Source: Hydrolagus colliei
Lineage: Eukaryota
Assembly (NCBI GenBank): GCA_035084275.1
Contig: CM068752.1
Span: 2,852,001 to 2,916,000 of the forward strand
Direction: 5' to 3'
DNA: 64,000 nt
Every line of letters starts with the position of its first letter. The first letter of the stretch is position 1. Shown here piece by piece: positions 1 through 12,339 of the stretch. A model generated the notes under the pieces. The model did no database searches. It was not told the origin of the DNA and worked only from the letters and a program-made list of their open reading frames with translations. The position numbers and the translations under genes are program-made.

Positions 1-958
1 TGGCTGCCGCATTTCGTCCATAAATATAAGTCAATTCACTTTACAGTGTATTCTGTGAAGAGCTTTGAGATGTCGATAAGATATGAAAAGCGCTATATCA
101 AATGCAAGTATTATTATTATAATAATTTTGCATTTTGTAGGCAAACTCAAATGCTTTGCTTGAACCTTTACTGTCAATTCAATTAACAAACAGCCATTGC
201 AGAAAGCAAACCTTCAAACAGATGAATAAGCAACCTTAGGTGTTTCACATTGTCTCCGGTGCAGTATTGATTGGAAGCAGAGGATGATTTTGCCTATGTG
301 ACTGAGTAAACACCACCTCTAACTTGCGCAACTGATAGCTATCACCTTACTGTAATGACATTGCCTGTACACAGGGAGCTGCATTAGTCATTCACTGCAC
401 TAACCTAACATACTTGCAGTTGATTAGGGCGTTGCTATAAATTCACAATGAATGATTGTGTTTTGAGCCTAATGCCCTAATGTTTCTTGCCTTCAAATGT
501 CTACACTTCGTTAAGACAGTCTGTATTTAGAAATTCTCTCAGCTGGTTTGACTTGTTCCTGTAGAGAGCAATGTGTTACGAACTGAAAATGATTAATTGC
601 TGTAAACAATCTCCGATCATGATTCTTATTTTTTTACTTCCTTTTATTCCACCCACCCCCTCCTGATCTCTTCCCACATGGAGGTCTTATTTCATGAGCT
701 GCAGATTCCTTGGTGATTCAGACAAATTAAAAAAAAGAGATTGATAGTGACGATAGGGTTGCTTTTTGCAGGAAGAGACAGAGGGAAGAGACGGGAATCA
801 TTCCTCCTCCCCCAACACCTTGCGCAAGCTTAATCCGGATAATTTGAGGCTTGTGTAACTCTTTTCCTGGATATTCCAATACAGTATCTTATCTACAAAT
901 TAAGCCTCCGTGTCTAGACTTTTCAATCCAGTCCTGGTTGAACTCTGGGTTGGGAATA

Positions 959-1276
959 TGAGCTCCTGTACCTCAGTGGTTAGAGCACTTGCCGTACAAG
1001 CATGAGACCTGTGCTCGAATCCAGGCAGAAACCTTGGGCAAGTTTCCTTACTCTACACGCCTAATAATAATCCGTCCAAAAAAAACACAATAATAAAAAA
1101 ATGGTCATTTCAATCCACGACTGTTTGTGGGGACAATGCGATGCGCAATTGGCTGCCACGTTTCACCCATCAATATACAGTCAATTCGCTTTGTGGTATA
1201 TTCTGTGAAGCGCTTTGAGATGTCGGTAAGATGTGAAAATCGCTATATCAAATGCAAGGATTATCATTATTATTAT
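959..1276 (+). mobile_element. tRNA-derived SINE with L2-like tail, full length (short form)
   Basis: A-box-like tacctcagtgg, B-box-like gctcgaatcc, body ctgtttgtggg...caattggctgcc, tail aagcgctttgaga...aaatgcaagga(tta)n. Repeated throughout the window. Confidence 0.9.
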
Positions 1277-1793
1277 GAACTGTGTTTGCTCATTTGTTGA
1301 ACTCCCCAACGAATGGCTCCAGCTGTGGTTCAGTCTCCCTCGTCCTTGTCAGACTCTGAACACAGGCGAGTGTTGCAACTTAGGCGACTAGATCACGGAC
1401 GGCTTGAGTGGCTGACATCCAGCTGGCCTGACCCAGGGGAGGGAGGGAGAGGTGGGGGTGGTGGGGGAATATACAGAGATCCCTCAATCTATTCGCTTAC
1501 TTGCTGCTTGTGTAGTCTCAACAAGAAGAGTTTGGGGCTTTGGGCCAGGTGTCAGATTGATACTAATATTGCTGTTGCTATTCCAATACAATTAGAGAGT
1601 AGTTTAAAACGAGAGCACCGAGCTTGTAAAAAAAATTCCTCTCTCGTAGTAGCTGCAAGTTTGTGTGTAAATAAACGTACGAACCCTAGGGAAGCCTTGC
1701 TCTGCGAAGGAGGTTTCTTGGGTGATTCTAATCTTTGGGTGAGCATTCTTAACAAGCGGATGACACGTTTTGACGCTGCACTGTCCTCTGCAG

Positions 1794-1894
1794 CTCTGGC
1801 ATCGCACGACTACGTGTTGAAGATAGTCCCCACGGTGTACGAAGATATACTAGCGAAACAGCGCTTCTCCTACCAATATACGGTGGCGCACAAG
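1794..1894 (+). CDS. ERGIC1: ERGIC1 (ERGIC-32) internal coding exon, 101 nt
   Basis: Acceptor ctctgcag ends at 1793 and donor AAG|gtaagg starts at 1895. Encodes LASHDYVLKIVPTVYEDILAKQRFSYQYTVAHK, matching the ERGIC1/Erv41-46 family C-terminal lumenal segment. Earlier exons lie outside the window. Confidence 0.95.
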
Positions 1895-2659
1895 GTAAGG
1901 AATGACGTGATTATTGACTTCACTTTACTGAACGATCCGCTGACCTTGGCAGCCAAAGCCCTGAAGAGTAGCATTGGTTGACGTGAACAAGCAGCGGGAA
2001 GCTCGCCAGTGCTTGCAGTGTAAATGTGTGCGGGTTTAGCTTGTGACGTTTAGCTTGGTGCCGCCGTGACCAGGGAAGCTGCGAATCGCACTGAATATTC
2101 GTGTGAGTGGAGACTCGATGTCTGTCAAGAGTGTTGTGTGGTATATACTGTTTCGGTCATTCGCACTCCACAGGTGGCAGGCACCGTCTCACTGTCTCAG
2201 CCCAAAGGTGTTTCTTTCTGTGGTGTTGTGGGGCCTCGGGTTTTGCGTGAAAACTCATTGTCTGTAAGAACGTGTATTGCGCGAGAGTTGTACAGGGGAT
2301 AAAAACACTAGGTGTTTGAGAAGGCAAGAGGGGATTGTAACACTCAATTCTCAATGAATCGATGCAGAAACAAGCTGCTCATTTAAGCAGAGGAGCTTGA
2401 GTCAAACTGTTGTGTCCCCTTTACTGTCCGTGGGTGTCCTCTCTCTTGCTTATTGTGGTAAAACAAGCATTTCGGGGGGGGAGGGGTGGGGATTGGGGGG
2501 GAACTCTTCACTAATCAGTGTGCGAGCTGCGTGGGTTGTAAGAGCTTCCCCCTGTTTATTTGCTCTTTTAAAAGCCTTAAGTGAATTGAAACGACGGCTT
2601 TTTGTGGAGCCACATTTCCGCTGGCGATTAATGTTTAATCTTTTCGCTTTACGTTTTAG

Positions 2660-2782
2660 GAATATGTAGCGTACAGCCACACAGGTCGGATTATCCCTGC
2701 GATCTGGTTCCGATATGACCTCAGTCCAATCACTGTGAAATATGTTGAGCGGCAACCGCCCTTGTACAGATTTATTACAACG
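2660..2782 (+). CDS. ERGIC1: ERGIC1 penultimate coding exon, 123 nt
   Basis: ttttag|GAA ... ACG|gtgagc, phase 0 at both ends. Encodes EYVAYSHTGRIIPAIWFRYDLSPITVKYVERQPPLYRFITT. Not present in the ORF track. Confidence 0.96.
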
Positions 2783-2963
2783 GTGAGCAAAGTCACAGCG
2801 ATCCTGACACTAATGTGCTTCCTGTCTTATAGCTCTGTGACCGGAGGTTATTCTTTAGACCTCTTCAGTGAAATTGTTCACTGCTGAAAATCTACCACGG
2901 ACATGACGTTAGGCACTCTCCAGTTCTTTGGCGTTTGATAACAACGTTCTGATTATTCTTTCT

Positions 2964-3277
2964 GGGGTCCTGTAGCTCAGTGGCTAGTTAAGAGCACTCG
3001 CCTTACAAGTGTGAGACCTGGGTTCGATTCCAGGCAGGGTGCGAAACCTTGGGCAAGTTTCCTTAATCTACACGCCTAATAATAATCCCTCAAAAAAAAA
3101 TTGGTCTTTTCAATCCACGACTGTTTGTGGGACACTGCTGAGCACAAATGGCTGCCACGTTTCGCCCACATATACACAGTTAATTCACGTTACAGTATAT
3201 TCTGTGAAGCACTTTGAGACATCTAGAAGATGTGTAAAGCACTATATCAAATGTAAGGATCATTAATATTATTATTA
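2964..3277 (+). mobile_element. SINE, full length (short form), in ERGIC1 intron
   Basis: tagctcagtgg...ggttcgattccaggcaggg head, with the same body and tail as other copies. Confidence 0.9.
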
Positions 3278-3461
3278 TTTTTCTGAAACAGCGCTGCTAT
3301 ATATATATACACATATCTATATATTCAGTCACAGTCAACCTCAGAAGTAGGTATTTTGTGTTCAGTGCTTGCTTACACCTCTGTGTTCCTCTGATCACCT
3401 AGATTTTGAGATGTACAGTGGATCAGTACTGGACTGCAAAGCACTGACATTGATCAACTAG

Positions 3462-3702
3462 TAATAATAATAATAATAATAATCCTTGCATTTGATATAG
3501 TGCTTTTCACGTCTTATCGACGTGAAAATCGCTTCGCAGAATATACCTTAAAGTGAATTGACTATATTTTGTGGGCAAAGCGCGGCAGCTAATTGCGCAC
3601 AGCATTGTGGATTGAAAGTGACCAATTTTTATTATTGTGTTTTTTGGGAGACGGATTATTATTAGACGTGTGGAGTAAGGAAACCTGGTCACCCTGACCT
3701 GC
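3462..3702 (-). mobile_element. SINE, 5'-truncated
   Basis: (taa)n-tccttgcatttgatatag...ggagtaaggaaac, the reverse complement of the family. Confidence 0.85.
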
Positions 3703-4437
3703 CGCTGACACGACAATACGCAAATACACCACAGCTCACGGCTTGGTTCACTCTCCCCCTTCTCTCTAGTCAATCGTTGTCTGATGATAACCCATGTACC
3801 TGACTCCTGTGAAACTTTGGGAGGGCAATGGTTAGTAAATCGAACGAGAGTTCAAGCGAGCTCGAGTGTTAAAGCTCCCGTAGAGTATGCGCTTCTGACT
3901 CTTAAGCCTCTAATTTGAGTTGACGTCATCCTTTTGAAGCCACATTTAGAGACCAATAGCATTAACCCCAGCTTATCTGCATCACAGTTGCCATAGTGGC
4001 AACGCTTACCTCACCCTCGCTCAATGAGCACCCGAGCAAGACTGTTTCTGAGGAGATTATCTACAGGGCGACAGATGCTGTATTGTTGGCAGGACAAGCA
4101 TTTGGGGGGAGGGGGTGGGGTGTGGGAGTGGTGGTGAAGTGGGGTTTGAAACTGAGGCTATCGAACCTATCCTGCAAGTAAATATTCATCAAAGTTGTGA
4201 AGATCAAACCAAACCTTCTTTCATAGTGTGTTGCAGTGCGAGCCTAGGTCTCTCTGTCTACAACAATCATTATAATAATTCTAATAATAATAATCCTTGC
4301 ATTTGATATAGCGCCTCAGCAGGTTTTTCAGACGTCTCAAAGCGCTTCACTAAAGATACTATATGGTAAAGTGTGCCCACTGTATTTTAGAGGGGTGGGC
4401 GAAACGCGGCAGCCAATTGCGCACAGCATGATATTTC

Positions 4438-4532
4438 TGCAACAAAGCTGGGAACACTCAGCAGGTCAGGCAACGCTGGGGGAGAAAGGAGAAGTGAATC
4501 AACGTTTCAGGTCCAGGACCCTTCGTTAGATC
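4438..4532 (-). mobile_element. Penelope-like terminal-repeat remnant with decayed hammerhead core
   Basis: The - strand reads ctaacga-agggtc-ctg-gacct-gaaacgtt-gattc...gcctgacctgctgagt, homologous to 20895-21025. Confidence 0.6.
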
Positions 4533-5916
4533 TTTTGATATCGGGCCTTCCGGATACTATGAAAGATTGGGGTTCAGTTAAAGCCCGATGACATGACTGA
4601 GCCGAAGTCTTTCAGTGCAGGAAAGATTAATAGGAATAGACCATAAATTACACAATCCTAATCTGACGATTATTAAATGCCGGGCTATTTATACTCTAAG
4701 CCGCGCAGTCTACTTTCATTAATACAATCCTTAGGAAGAATGTGAAATCTCTTGTTGTGCTTAATGTGGTGTGAAAAGAACAGACATTAGCTTTCGTTCA
4801 GTCAGAAAACTGGTAACTAACCCGGGAGGCTAGACTATAGCGAATGGCTGTATACCTGACCAGCTAAACCCAAGTACTATATTCTCCAGTTAGGAGTAAT
4901 TTATTTCCAGTTTTGCGCTGAAATCTAGAGTTGAGAACAAAAATCTCCTCTCATTCCTTGCAGTTGGCTGTGCCCACAAATTACAAAGAGGCTGCATCAA
5001 GATTCTATTTTTGTCCTGTTCAAAAGAATGCAGACGCTTTAATGTCGCTTTGGGGGAGGCTGCGGGGAATTTCAAATTCCCCCCGAGCAGCCATTTAAGG
5101 TTTGATTGCGAAAACAAAACAAAACTGGGCGAATATAACAATTAAGCCTGTTGAATATAAAGCAGTTGGGTCTATTCGCGTTCTGTTAACCCTATCCTAT
5201 CAGGGTTCACCCCCCCTCCCCCTGCACCACCCCATTTGAATGCTGTTGACTTGAGAACATCTGCTCGCTATTCTTTACCTACAAAATGGCACACACGGAC
5301 GGTCACACCACTGTACCGTATATCGAGTGAAGCCCTTTGAGACGCCTCGATGACACAACAACAACAACGGTGTTACATTTATAGAACGCCTTTCACGTCG
5401 GCAGGACGTCCCAAGGCGCTGACACGCTAAGGCTCTGTGTCAAACGCAAGGATTATCATTATTCATTTGGTTTCAACACTTTCACTACTTTGCTTTCTAA
5501 ACCGCATTTTTATTCTGAACCATTTGCCCATTTCCAGCTGAGGTTCCCATGAGGTGAACAATAGGATCTGGGTGTGTCAGGGATCAGTGTTTTACCTGTG
5601 ATGTTTTTGCTCCTCAAGACAAAAAACTAATTGGCTTCTTGGCAACTCGGCAAGGGTTAAAGCTGCGGTGAAATCTTGACCGTGTTTGGCAACTGAGTGG
5701 GTTGTTGAGCTGGTAACTCTATTAATAGTGTTTCTCTGCACATATTATCTGAGCACGTAAACACTGCATCCTTTGGTGGGAGAGACCGAGTAGATTGGCT
5801 TGTTATTGCTCGCTGAGCGCCGCCTGAACCATCTGCTGGTGAGTTGGCGTCACAATTTAGGAAGAACGTCAACGGGGAAGATATGATGTGTGATCCACTT
5901 TATTCTTTGTCCGCAG

Positions 5917-6024
5917 ATCTGTGCGATCATTGGAGGAACATTCACAGTCGCTGGGATCATAGATTCCTGCATTTTTACAGCTTCTGAAGCCTGGAAGAAG
6001 ATACAATTAGGCAAATTACACTAG
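5917..6024 (+). CDS. ERGIC1: ERGIC1 last coding exon (second TM helix and cytosolic tail)
   Basis: ccgcag|ATC; encodes ICAIIGGTFTVAGIIDSCIFTASEAWKKIQLGKLH then TAG at 6022-6024, the characteristic ERGIC1 C-terminus. Confidence 0.97.
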   Translation: MCAIIGGTFTVAGIIDSCIFTASEAWKKIQLGKLH

Positions 6025-9000
6025 CAGCCGTGTGTGTATGTGCTCACTGTCCAGTCTGATCTAAACCCACGTAAACTAAATTCACAGTTCTTATTTATGC
6101 CAAATTTATTACCAGTTAAGGCCATTCAATGTTAAAATAACTATCTTGGGCAATGTTTTTCAACTCTGTGGTCCTCTCCAAGTGTGATTTGAAATGTTTT
6201 TTTTACAACAAAATGTTTGCTTGAATATTCGATTGATGAATATTTTGGAATGAAAATCATTAAACTTTAAACTTGTACCTGTTCTGGTATTGGTATTTCT
6301 TCCTGTAAATGGTGGGCATTTCAAAATGAGACTGAATGATTGAAAGAATTGTTTGAGAAACAGAATTTACCTTGTCTGGCCTTGAGAAAAAAGACTCTTT
6401 TTAAGTATTCGAAACACTGGACAATGAATAGAAACCCAATTTTACATGCTTTTTGGTTGAAGTTCGATGTGACTGACAGTTTTGATATTATTCTTGGTTT
6501 ACTATAAGATCACTCAGTAAAAACTAAATTGTGTTCTGAACCATGACCTTTTATCAGACTGGGATAGTACCGGAATGATTAGCCATAAGGCAGACTGTGC
6601 CAATGGAATCCAGATTTTGATAAGACACAAATGTTAAAATGTAAAACACTTGTAGGTCTTTTAACACCAGACGTTTTATTGTACAGTATTACAAGATTTG
6701 CTGCACTGCATTCCACGTGTAATTTCTGTTCAAAAGACACCTTTTCAGGATGCTTATTAAACGATTGTGTTTTTGAAGTAATCCAAAAATCTCCAAAGAT
6801 TACCAGAGTCCTGAGTACAATACGTAATGGAGAATTGATGTAACAGAGAACGTTATTTTTAACACTCCCAAGGGCTGCGTTGAGTACTACAGCATAGTGA
6901 CTTTCCGTTTGTGTTATATCACTGTCAAAATTACCTACCGCCGCTTCAGCTTCTAGCGTCTTCCTGTTGACATCCTTAGCAAAGGTCAAACCAATCCTAT
7001 GTTGACTTGGAGTAAAACAAATTGTTCTGATGTCTCTAAAGATCGGTGCCGTAGGCAACAGATCTTTTCAATGCGCAAGTAAACACCAGTGAAACTTGTC
7101 ACCCTTGAATCATTGGTACAAATGCATTGACATTCAAACATTCTGGGTATCTTCACTGAGTACAATAATAAATTGTACTTCTGTTACAAGTTGCTTAGTA
7201 ATGAGAGCAACTTTCGGTTGCTAACATTTGAGTGTGTAGCAAAGACAAATACGATGTAGGGTGACGTGTGAGTTTCTTCCAAAAAAAAGAAAGACCGTAC
7301 GAGAAAACTTAAGGGAAAAAACAGTCTGTTCTTTTCACAAGTGTATTTTTTTTGTAAATGTGAAGCTTTTGAAAGTAAGTATGAATTTGGCAGTGAATTA
7401 TCTAATGCATGCTTCATGAAGGTGCCAAATATTTAGCCTCATTTCATTAAATAATACATTTTAAGGCTATATTCAGGCATCCTTTTTTCAGTGTGTTCAT
7501 TTCCCCGGAATTATGAAGCAATGTTTTTTGCAGCGACCGCCAATACGTTTGACCAACTTTTTATTTTTAAAACGTAAGATTTTTCATGTGTCCGTTATGG
7601 TGTATAGATTGGTAGCGTTCATATCAGAGTTCAGCAACAACCACATCATTGTGAAATCGTGGCTTGAGTATTTTTTTAAAGTTTTAAATGATGTTTTTTT
7701 AAAAATATGTTGAGTCGTTGAATACAGTTGATATTAACCGTTTCTTGCTTCATTTCTCACCCTTTTGGAGTTGAAAAGTGGGACTGTACTTGTTCTAACA
7801 ACAGTGTTATCTGCTCATTTAATGCTTGCCTGTGTTGTTTTTAGTTGCCGTGTATGCTGAAGGAGTACGTACTGTGTACCAAAGGCAGACACAGCTGGTG
7901 AATTCCGTATCCCTGCCACTTTCAATCAATGAGAACCTGCACATGTTGGTATTACCACTTTGACTCAGTATTAGCTAATTTGTTACCTGTGGCACAATTG
8001 CCTTCAATACAGGACAGTTCATTGTATTTGAAGGAATAACTGTACTGTATTAGAACCAGATCAGGGAGCTATTATCTGTCCGTTCTAACATGTATCCAGA
8101 CGACCCTTTTTCTATGCAAGCAAATCCTTGCTGTGGGACTTGCAATGCCTGATGATAGATTTAGTGTTGTGTTCTTTGTCCAGTTATTCTGATAATGCAT
8201 TGGCAAACGAGATGCTTTTGACATCAATATGAAGTCAGGTTGAGGCATCACAGTATTGAAAATGTCCACGATGTCAACAAAGATTAAAGAGTTCCTGGGT
8301 GTGTTTGTATGTGGACTGAGCACCAAGATTCTGCCTCTAAGTATATTATGAAGGAGCCCAACTCTTGGGAGTGAGCGAGCCTAGCTGCGCTGCAACCCAA
8401 TGAAGTAATTTGCCTTGTAAATGCAATGTGTACTGAATAGAACCAACAAGGGAAATTCTGTTTCATTCCTATTACAGTTTATGGATACGTGGAAAGTGGT
8501 AACCACAGGTAGATATTCGGGTGGGTGATGAGTGAGGGATGTTGGTGCTGTCAGACCTGTTAATTTTTATACAAAAATCGGAGATGGGAGTAGATTTTAT
8601 TTTGTTACATCCAGCCTGAACCCAGAGCCTGTGACCTGTGCTATGTGTACAGAGTCCTAGTGGATCTAGCAGGCATCCCTTTAACTCTTTTGGTGAGTGA
8701 ATCCTCAGAGAGTAAGCTTAGCAGGCTGAAACTAGGTTCGAATGTCTGAAGAGAGTTTGAAGCATTGAGTGATGGAAACTTGGGGATCTCCGCAATACAC
8801 TTTTGAGTATGAATTGTCCTGATTTTTTTAAAAGTATATATAAAAAAATTAAAAATAATTAAGTAGTCATGAGATCAAAATACCAGTGATGTGTGTTGTG
8901 TTTTTTTTGTTTACAATGTAGTGTTTAGCTAACAAAAATGTTCTGCTTTCACTTTCCTGGTGAAATAATTTGTAAATATTATAATATTCTCAATACTTGT

Positions 9001-9075
9001 CTGCTCATTTTGAAACTGTTACTTTCATGGAATACATTATCATTGCTTGGTGTGGAGGTGTAAAACACAATTAAA
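6025..9075 (+). other. ERGIC1: Probable ERGIC1 3'UTR (end uncertain)
   Basis: T-rich sequence after the stop, free of the young SINE. Candidate poly(A) signals are AATAAA at ~7167 and ATTAAA at ~7446, ~8848 and ~9070. Confidence 0.5.
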
Positions 9076-9533
9076 TGTCTATCGAAATTAAGTAACTACA
9101 AAAGCGAGTGAAAGCCCGATATCAAAATGCCAGGATAATTGTATTATCATCATAATACATCATAAGTAGCAAGAAATTCTTCCACTACGCTTGACATTTC
9201 ACAAAGAAATTTTTGGAATAATGTTTTAATTACCTTTTAAGAGACACTGAATATTCTGAACCGAAAAATGGTCACTGCTTGCATTCAGTGTGAAGGTCAA
9301 AAATAATAACAACAAATGATATTTGTGCGGGGGCCTTTTGCATCAGGAGGACGTCCCAAGGCTAAGCAGAGTCCGGAATTCAGTGTGAATGTCAAGCACA
9401 TTTCTTCTATAATGTCGCGTTTGTAAGGCAAGGAATTATTTTTTGATTGGTGACATCTTGAGGTCGCATGAGAAACCAAATGTGTGTGTGCCGAGACTTT
9501 CAAAAGGGCCTTTGATATAGTGCCACATGAGAG

Positions 9534-9857
9534 ATAATAATATAAATAATAATCCTTGCATTTGATATAGCGCTTTTCACATTTATCGACGTCTCAAAGC
9601 TCTTCACAGAATTTACTGTAAAGTGAATTGACTATATTTGTGGACGAAACGCGGCAGCCAATTGCGCACAGCAGAGTCCCCACAAACAGTCGTGGATTGA
9701 AATGACCAATTATTATTGTGAGGTTTTTTTTTTGACAGATTATTATTAGGCATGTATGTGGAGCAAGGAAAGTTGCCCAAGGTTTCACCCTGCTCTGCCT
9801 GGATTTGAACACAAGTCTCACGCTTGTATGACAAGTGCTCTAATCACTGAGCTACAA
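9534..9857 (-). mobile_element. SINE, full length, abutting an L2 tail
   Basis: Complete reverse-complement copy. Its head joins directly to the L2 stem-loop sequence at 9858. Confidence 0.9.
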
Positions 9858-10120
9858 GATGTCCCAAGGCGCTGAACAGTCAGTGGTTGGGATCCAAGCA
9901 AGGATGTGGGAGGGGGTAAGGGGGTGGGAAAGGTTGGGATGAGGGTGGGCAGAGAATTAGGAGGGTGCGGTCAAAGAGGAGAATCTTGAGAGTGTTGAAG
10001 AAGGCAAGGGAGGGAGCAAGGTGAAGGAATTGTTGGATAGAACTCCAAAGTGGAGGGGCAGAGGGGCTGAAGGCCTGGCCGCCGATGATAGGGCTGGTCG
10101 GTCGGGCTGCCTTATCCCCG
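9858..10120 (-). mobile_element. L2 LINE 3' fragment
   Basis: Translates FSPSAPPLWSSI...LKILLFDR, a typical L2 ORF2 C-terminal region, followed by the cagcgccttgggac tail. Confidence 0.8.
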
Positions 10121-10952
10121 TCCAAAACTAGATTTTCAATCAAGTGTTGTTTAAAACGAAAGCGCAGTCGAGAGACGAGAAGGCCAGCAATGGAAGCTGA
10201 ATTGATCTTGACCATAGCTTTGTGCGGCTGGAATAACGTTTAGTGGCTCTGAAACGCTTTCAGCATCTGTCGAAACAGAAAGAAACTCCGAATAGCTGGG
10301 CGATCATCGGAAATTGTTCCCTGGTCAGCGCTCCACAATGAACAGAGCAGCTCAGTGTGCTCAGACCTTCTGTATTACCACAGCTGACTTTTATCAGAAG
10401 TCTTTTGAACACTGGTTACTAGCCAACGCTACAGCTGTTTCAAATAACAGCACATTCCACAGTGGGATACAGCTCACTGCGGAACAGTATGTTACCATTC
10501 ATATAAAAACACACACACACAGAGAGAGACTTTCGCACATAACTTCATTTTGCACCCCATCCCCACTCACCCACCCACCCAATTTTTTTTAAAATCTGAA
10601 ATATTTCACACAATGTGCTGGAGAATTCTGAAGGCTTGTGTAACCCGAAACCCACTTAATCACCATAGTGTGGGCTGAATGTTGTTTTTTTGTCGATTTT
10701 TTGTTATGAATTCTGAGCTCTCTCGTGGGGAGATTTTTTCGCAATGAGTAAATGTTTTATTGAAGAAGAGTAATGGAATAGCAATGGTATTTGGGACTGT
10801 TTATGTGTGTCTGTGAGCATGTGTGAGTGTGTGTGGTGGGGGGGTGGGGGGGAGGCTATCAGACCTACCGTGGCCAGCGAGTGAGTTCATAATAATAATA
10901 ATAATAATCCTTGCATTTCATTTGTTTCGAACCTAGCTTCACAGAATATATT

Positions 10953-11672
10953 TGTGGAGTTCTGTAGTTCAGTGGTTAGAGCATTCGCCTTACAAGCGGG
11001 AGACTTGGGTTCGATTCCAGGCAGGGAGAAACCTTGGGCAAGTTTCCTTACTCTAGATGCCTGTTAATCCCTCGAAAACAAAATTGGTCATTTCAATCCA
11101 GGAATGAGCACTCAATTCAAGATCCTGGTCCTCATCTTCAAAGCCTTCCATGGCCTCGCCCCACCCTACCTCTTCGACCTGCTAACCCCCCAACAACCTG
11201 CCCACTACCTCCGCTCAGCAGGCTCCGGCCTGCTCCATGTCCCTCAACCCACCCACCCCACCATTTGTGGGCCAGCCTTCAACCACTCTGCCCCCCCCAA
11301 CACCTGGAACTCCATCTCGCAGTCCCTCCACCTCGCCCTCTCCCTGGCCTCCTTCAAGTCCCACCTCAAGACCCTCCTCTCCGATGGTCCCATCAGTCAC
11401 CCCAAGTCCCCTCCTCTCTCTCCACCCTCTCCTTCCCCAGCTCGGGTCTGAAACATTGACTGTCCAACGCCTTGGGATGTCCTCCTGACGTGAAAGGCGC
11501 TTTACAAGTGTCATTTTGTTGTTGTTTGTGGGCCACTGCTGTGCGCAATTGCCTGCCGCATTTCACCCCACAACTATACGGTCAATTCACGTTACAGTAC
11601 ACTCTGTGAAGCACTTTGAGACGTCTAGAAGACCTGAAAAGCACGATATCGAATGCAAGGATTCTTATTATT
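10953..11672 (+). mobile_element. SINE interrupted by an L2 fragment
   Basis: SINE head at 10953-11100 and SINE remainder at ~11522-11672 flank the L2 insert. Confidence 0.85.
11103..11525 (+). mobile_element. L2 LINE 3' end (ORF2 C-terminus, stem-loop, (ttg)n tail)
   Basis: FKILVLIFKAFHGLAPPYL...LRS...APPNTWNSI...FKSHLKTLL, followed by cttgggatgtcctcctgacgtgaaaggcgct. Confidence 0.9.
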
Positions 11673-12339
11673 ACTCATTTGCACAGTGAATACACTTTGC
11701 AAATGAATAATAATAATACATAATAAATTCGCAAAGCTAATTCACTGTGCAGTCTGTGGGCAAACTGGGTTCTGAAAAACTCCCACACAAACAGGTGGAG
11801 TGGGCATTTATTTAATGCTGATTTTTTTGTTCGATTGTAAACGCACCCTGATTATTTTCAAAGGTGCTTATTGTAAAGCACACTTCACATGCAATCTCCC
11901 TTTGAATTTAGTGAGCTGACAGCTCTCTTTTTAACACGTGCTTCCTTTCTGTGCTTCTGTATGGCTTGTCACGTGTAGGTGACCTGGCTCTGGCGTCTGT
12001 GAACACGGGTCCATTACTTGAACGTTAAATAACTGATAACAAAACAGTAGGCAACACAAGCTCACTCACTGATGGGCTATTTTTGCTTCCGAAAGAGACT
12101 TCATGTCGCCTTCAGCAGTGAAATGATAGAAACTAGAGACTGCATTAAGCACATGCACAGAACTCAGCCAGGCAGTAACTTTGTGTTACTCGATTCGATT
12201 ATATATCAAAGGTTCATTAGGCTTTGATGGGGCTGTATCTAAGCACAGGCCGAATGGATTCATGTTGATGCCAATGCCTACCCTGCAGTGAGGCAAATCA
12301 CTTTCCAATCAATGAACTCGCTTTGTGAGGTTCTACAGC

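Noticed and set aside
1313-1981. 222-aa ORF as a standalone gene
   Set aside because: Only 1794-1894 is ERGIC1-like and bounded by splice sites; the rest is intron read-through.
6579-7058. 159-aa antisense ORF
   Set aside because: It has a non-ATG start and no recognisable domain, and it lies in the ERGIC1 3'UTR.
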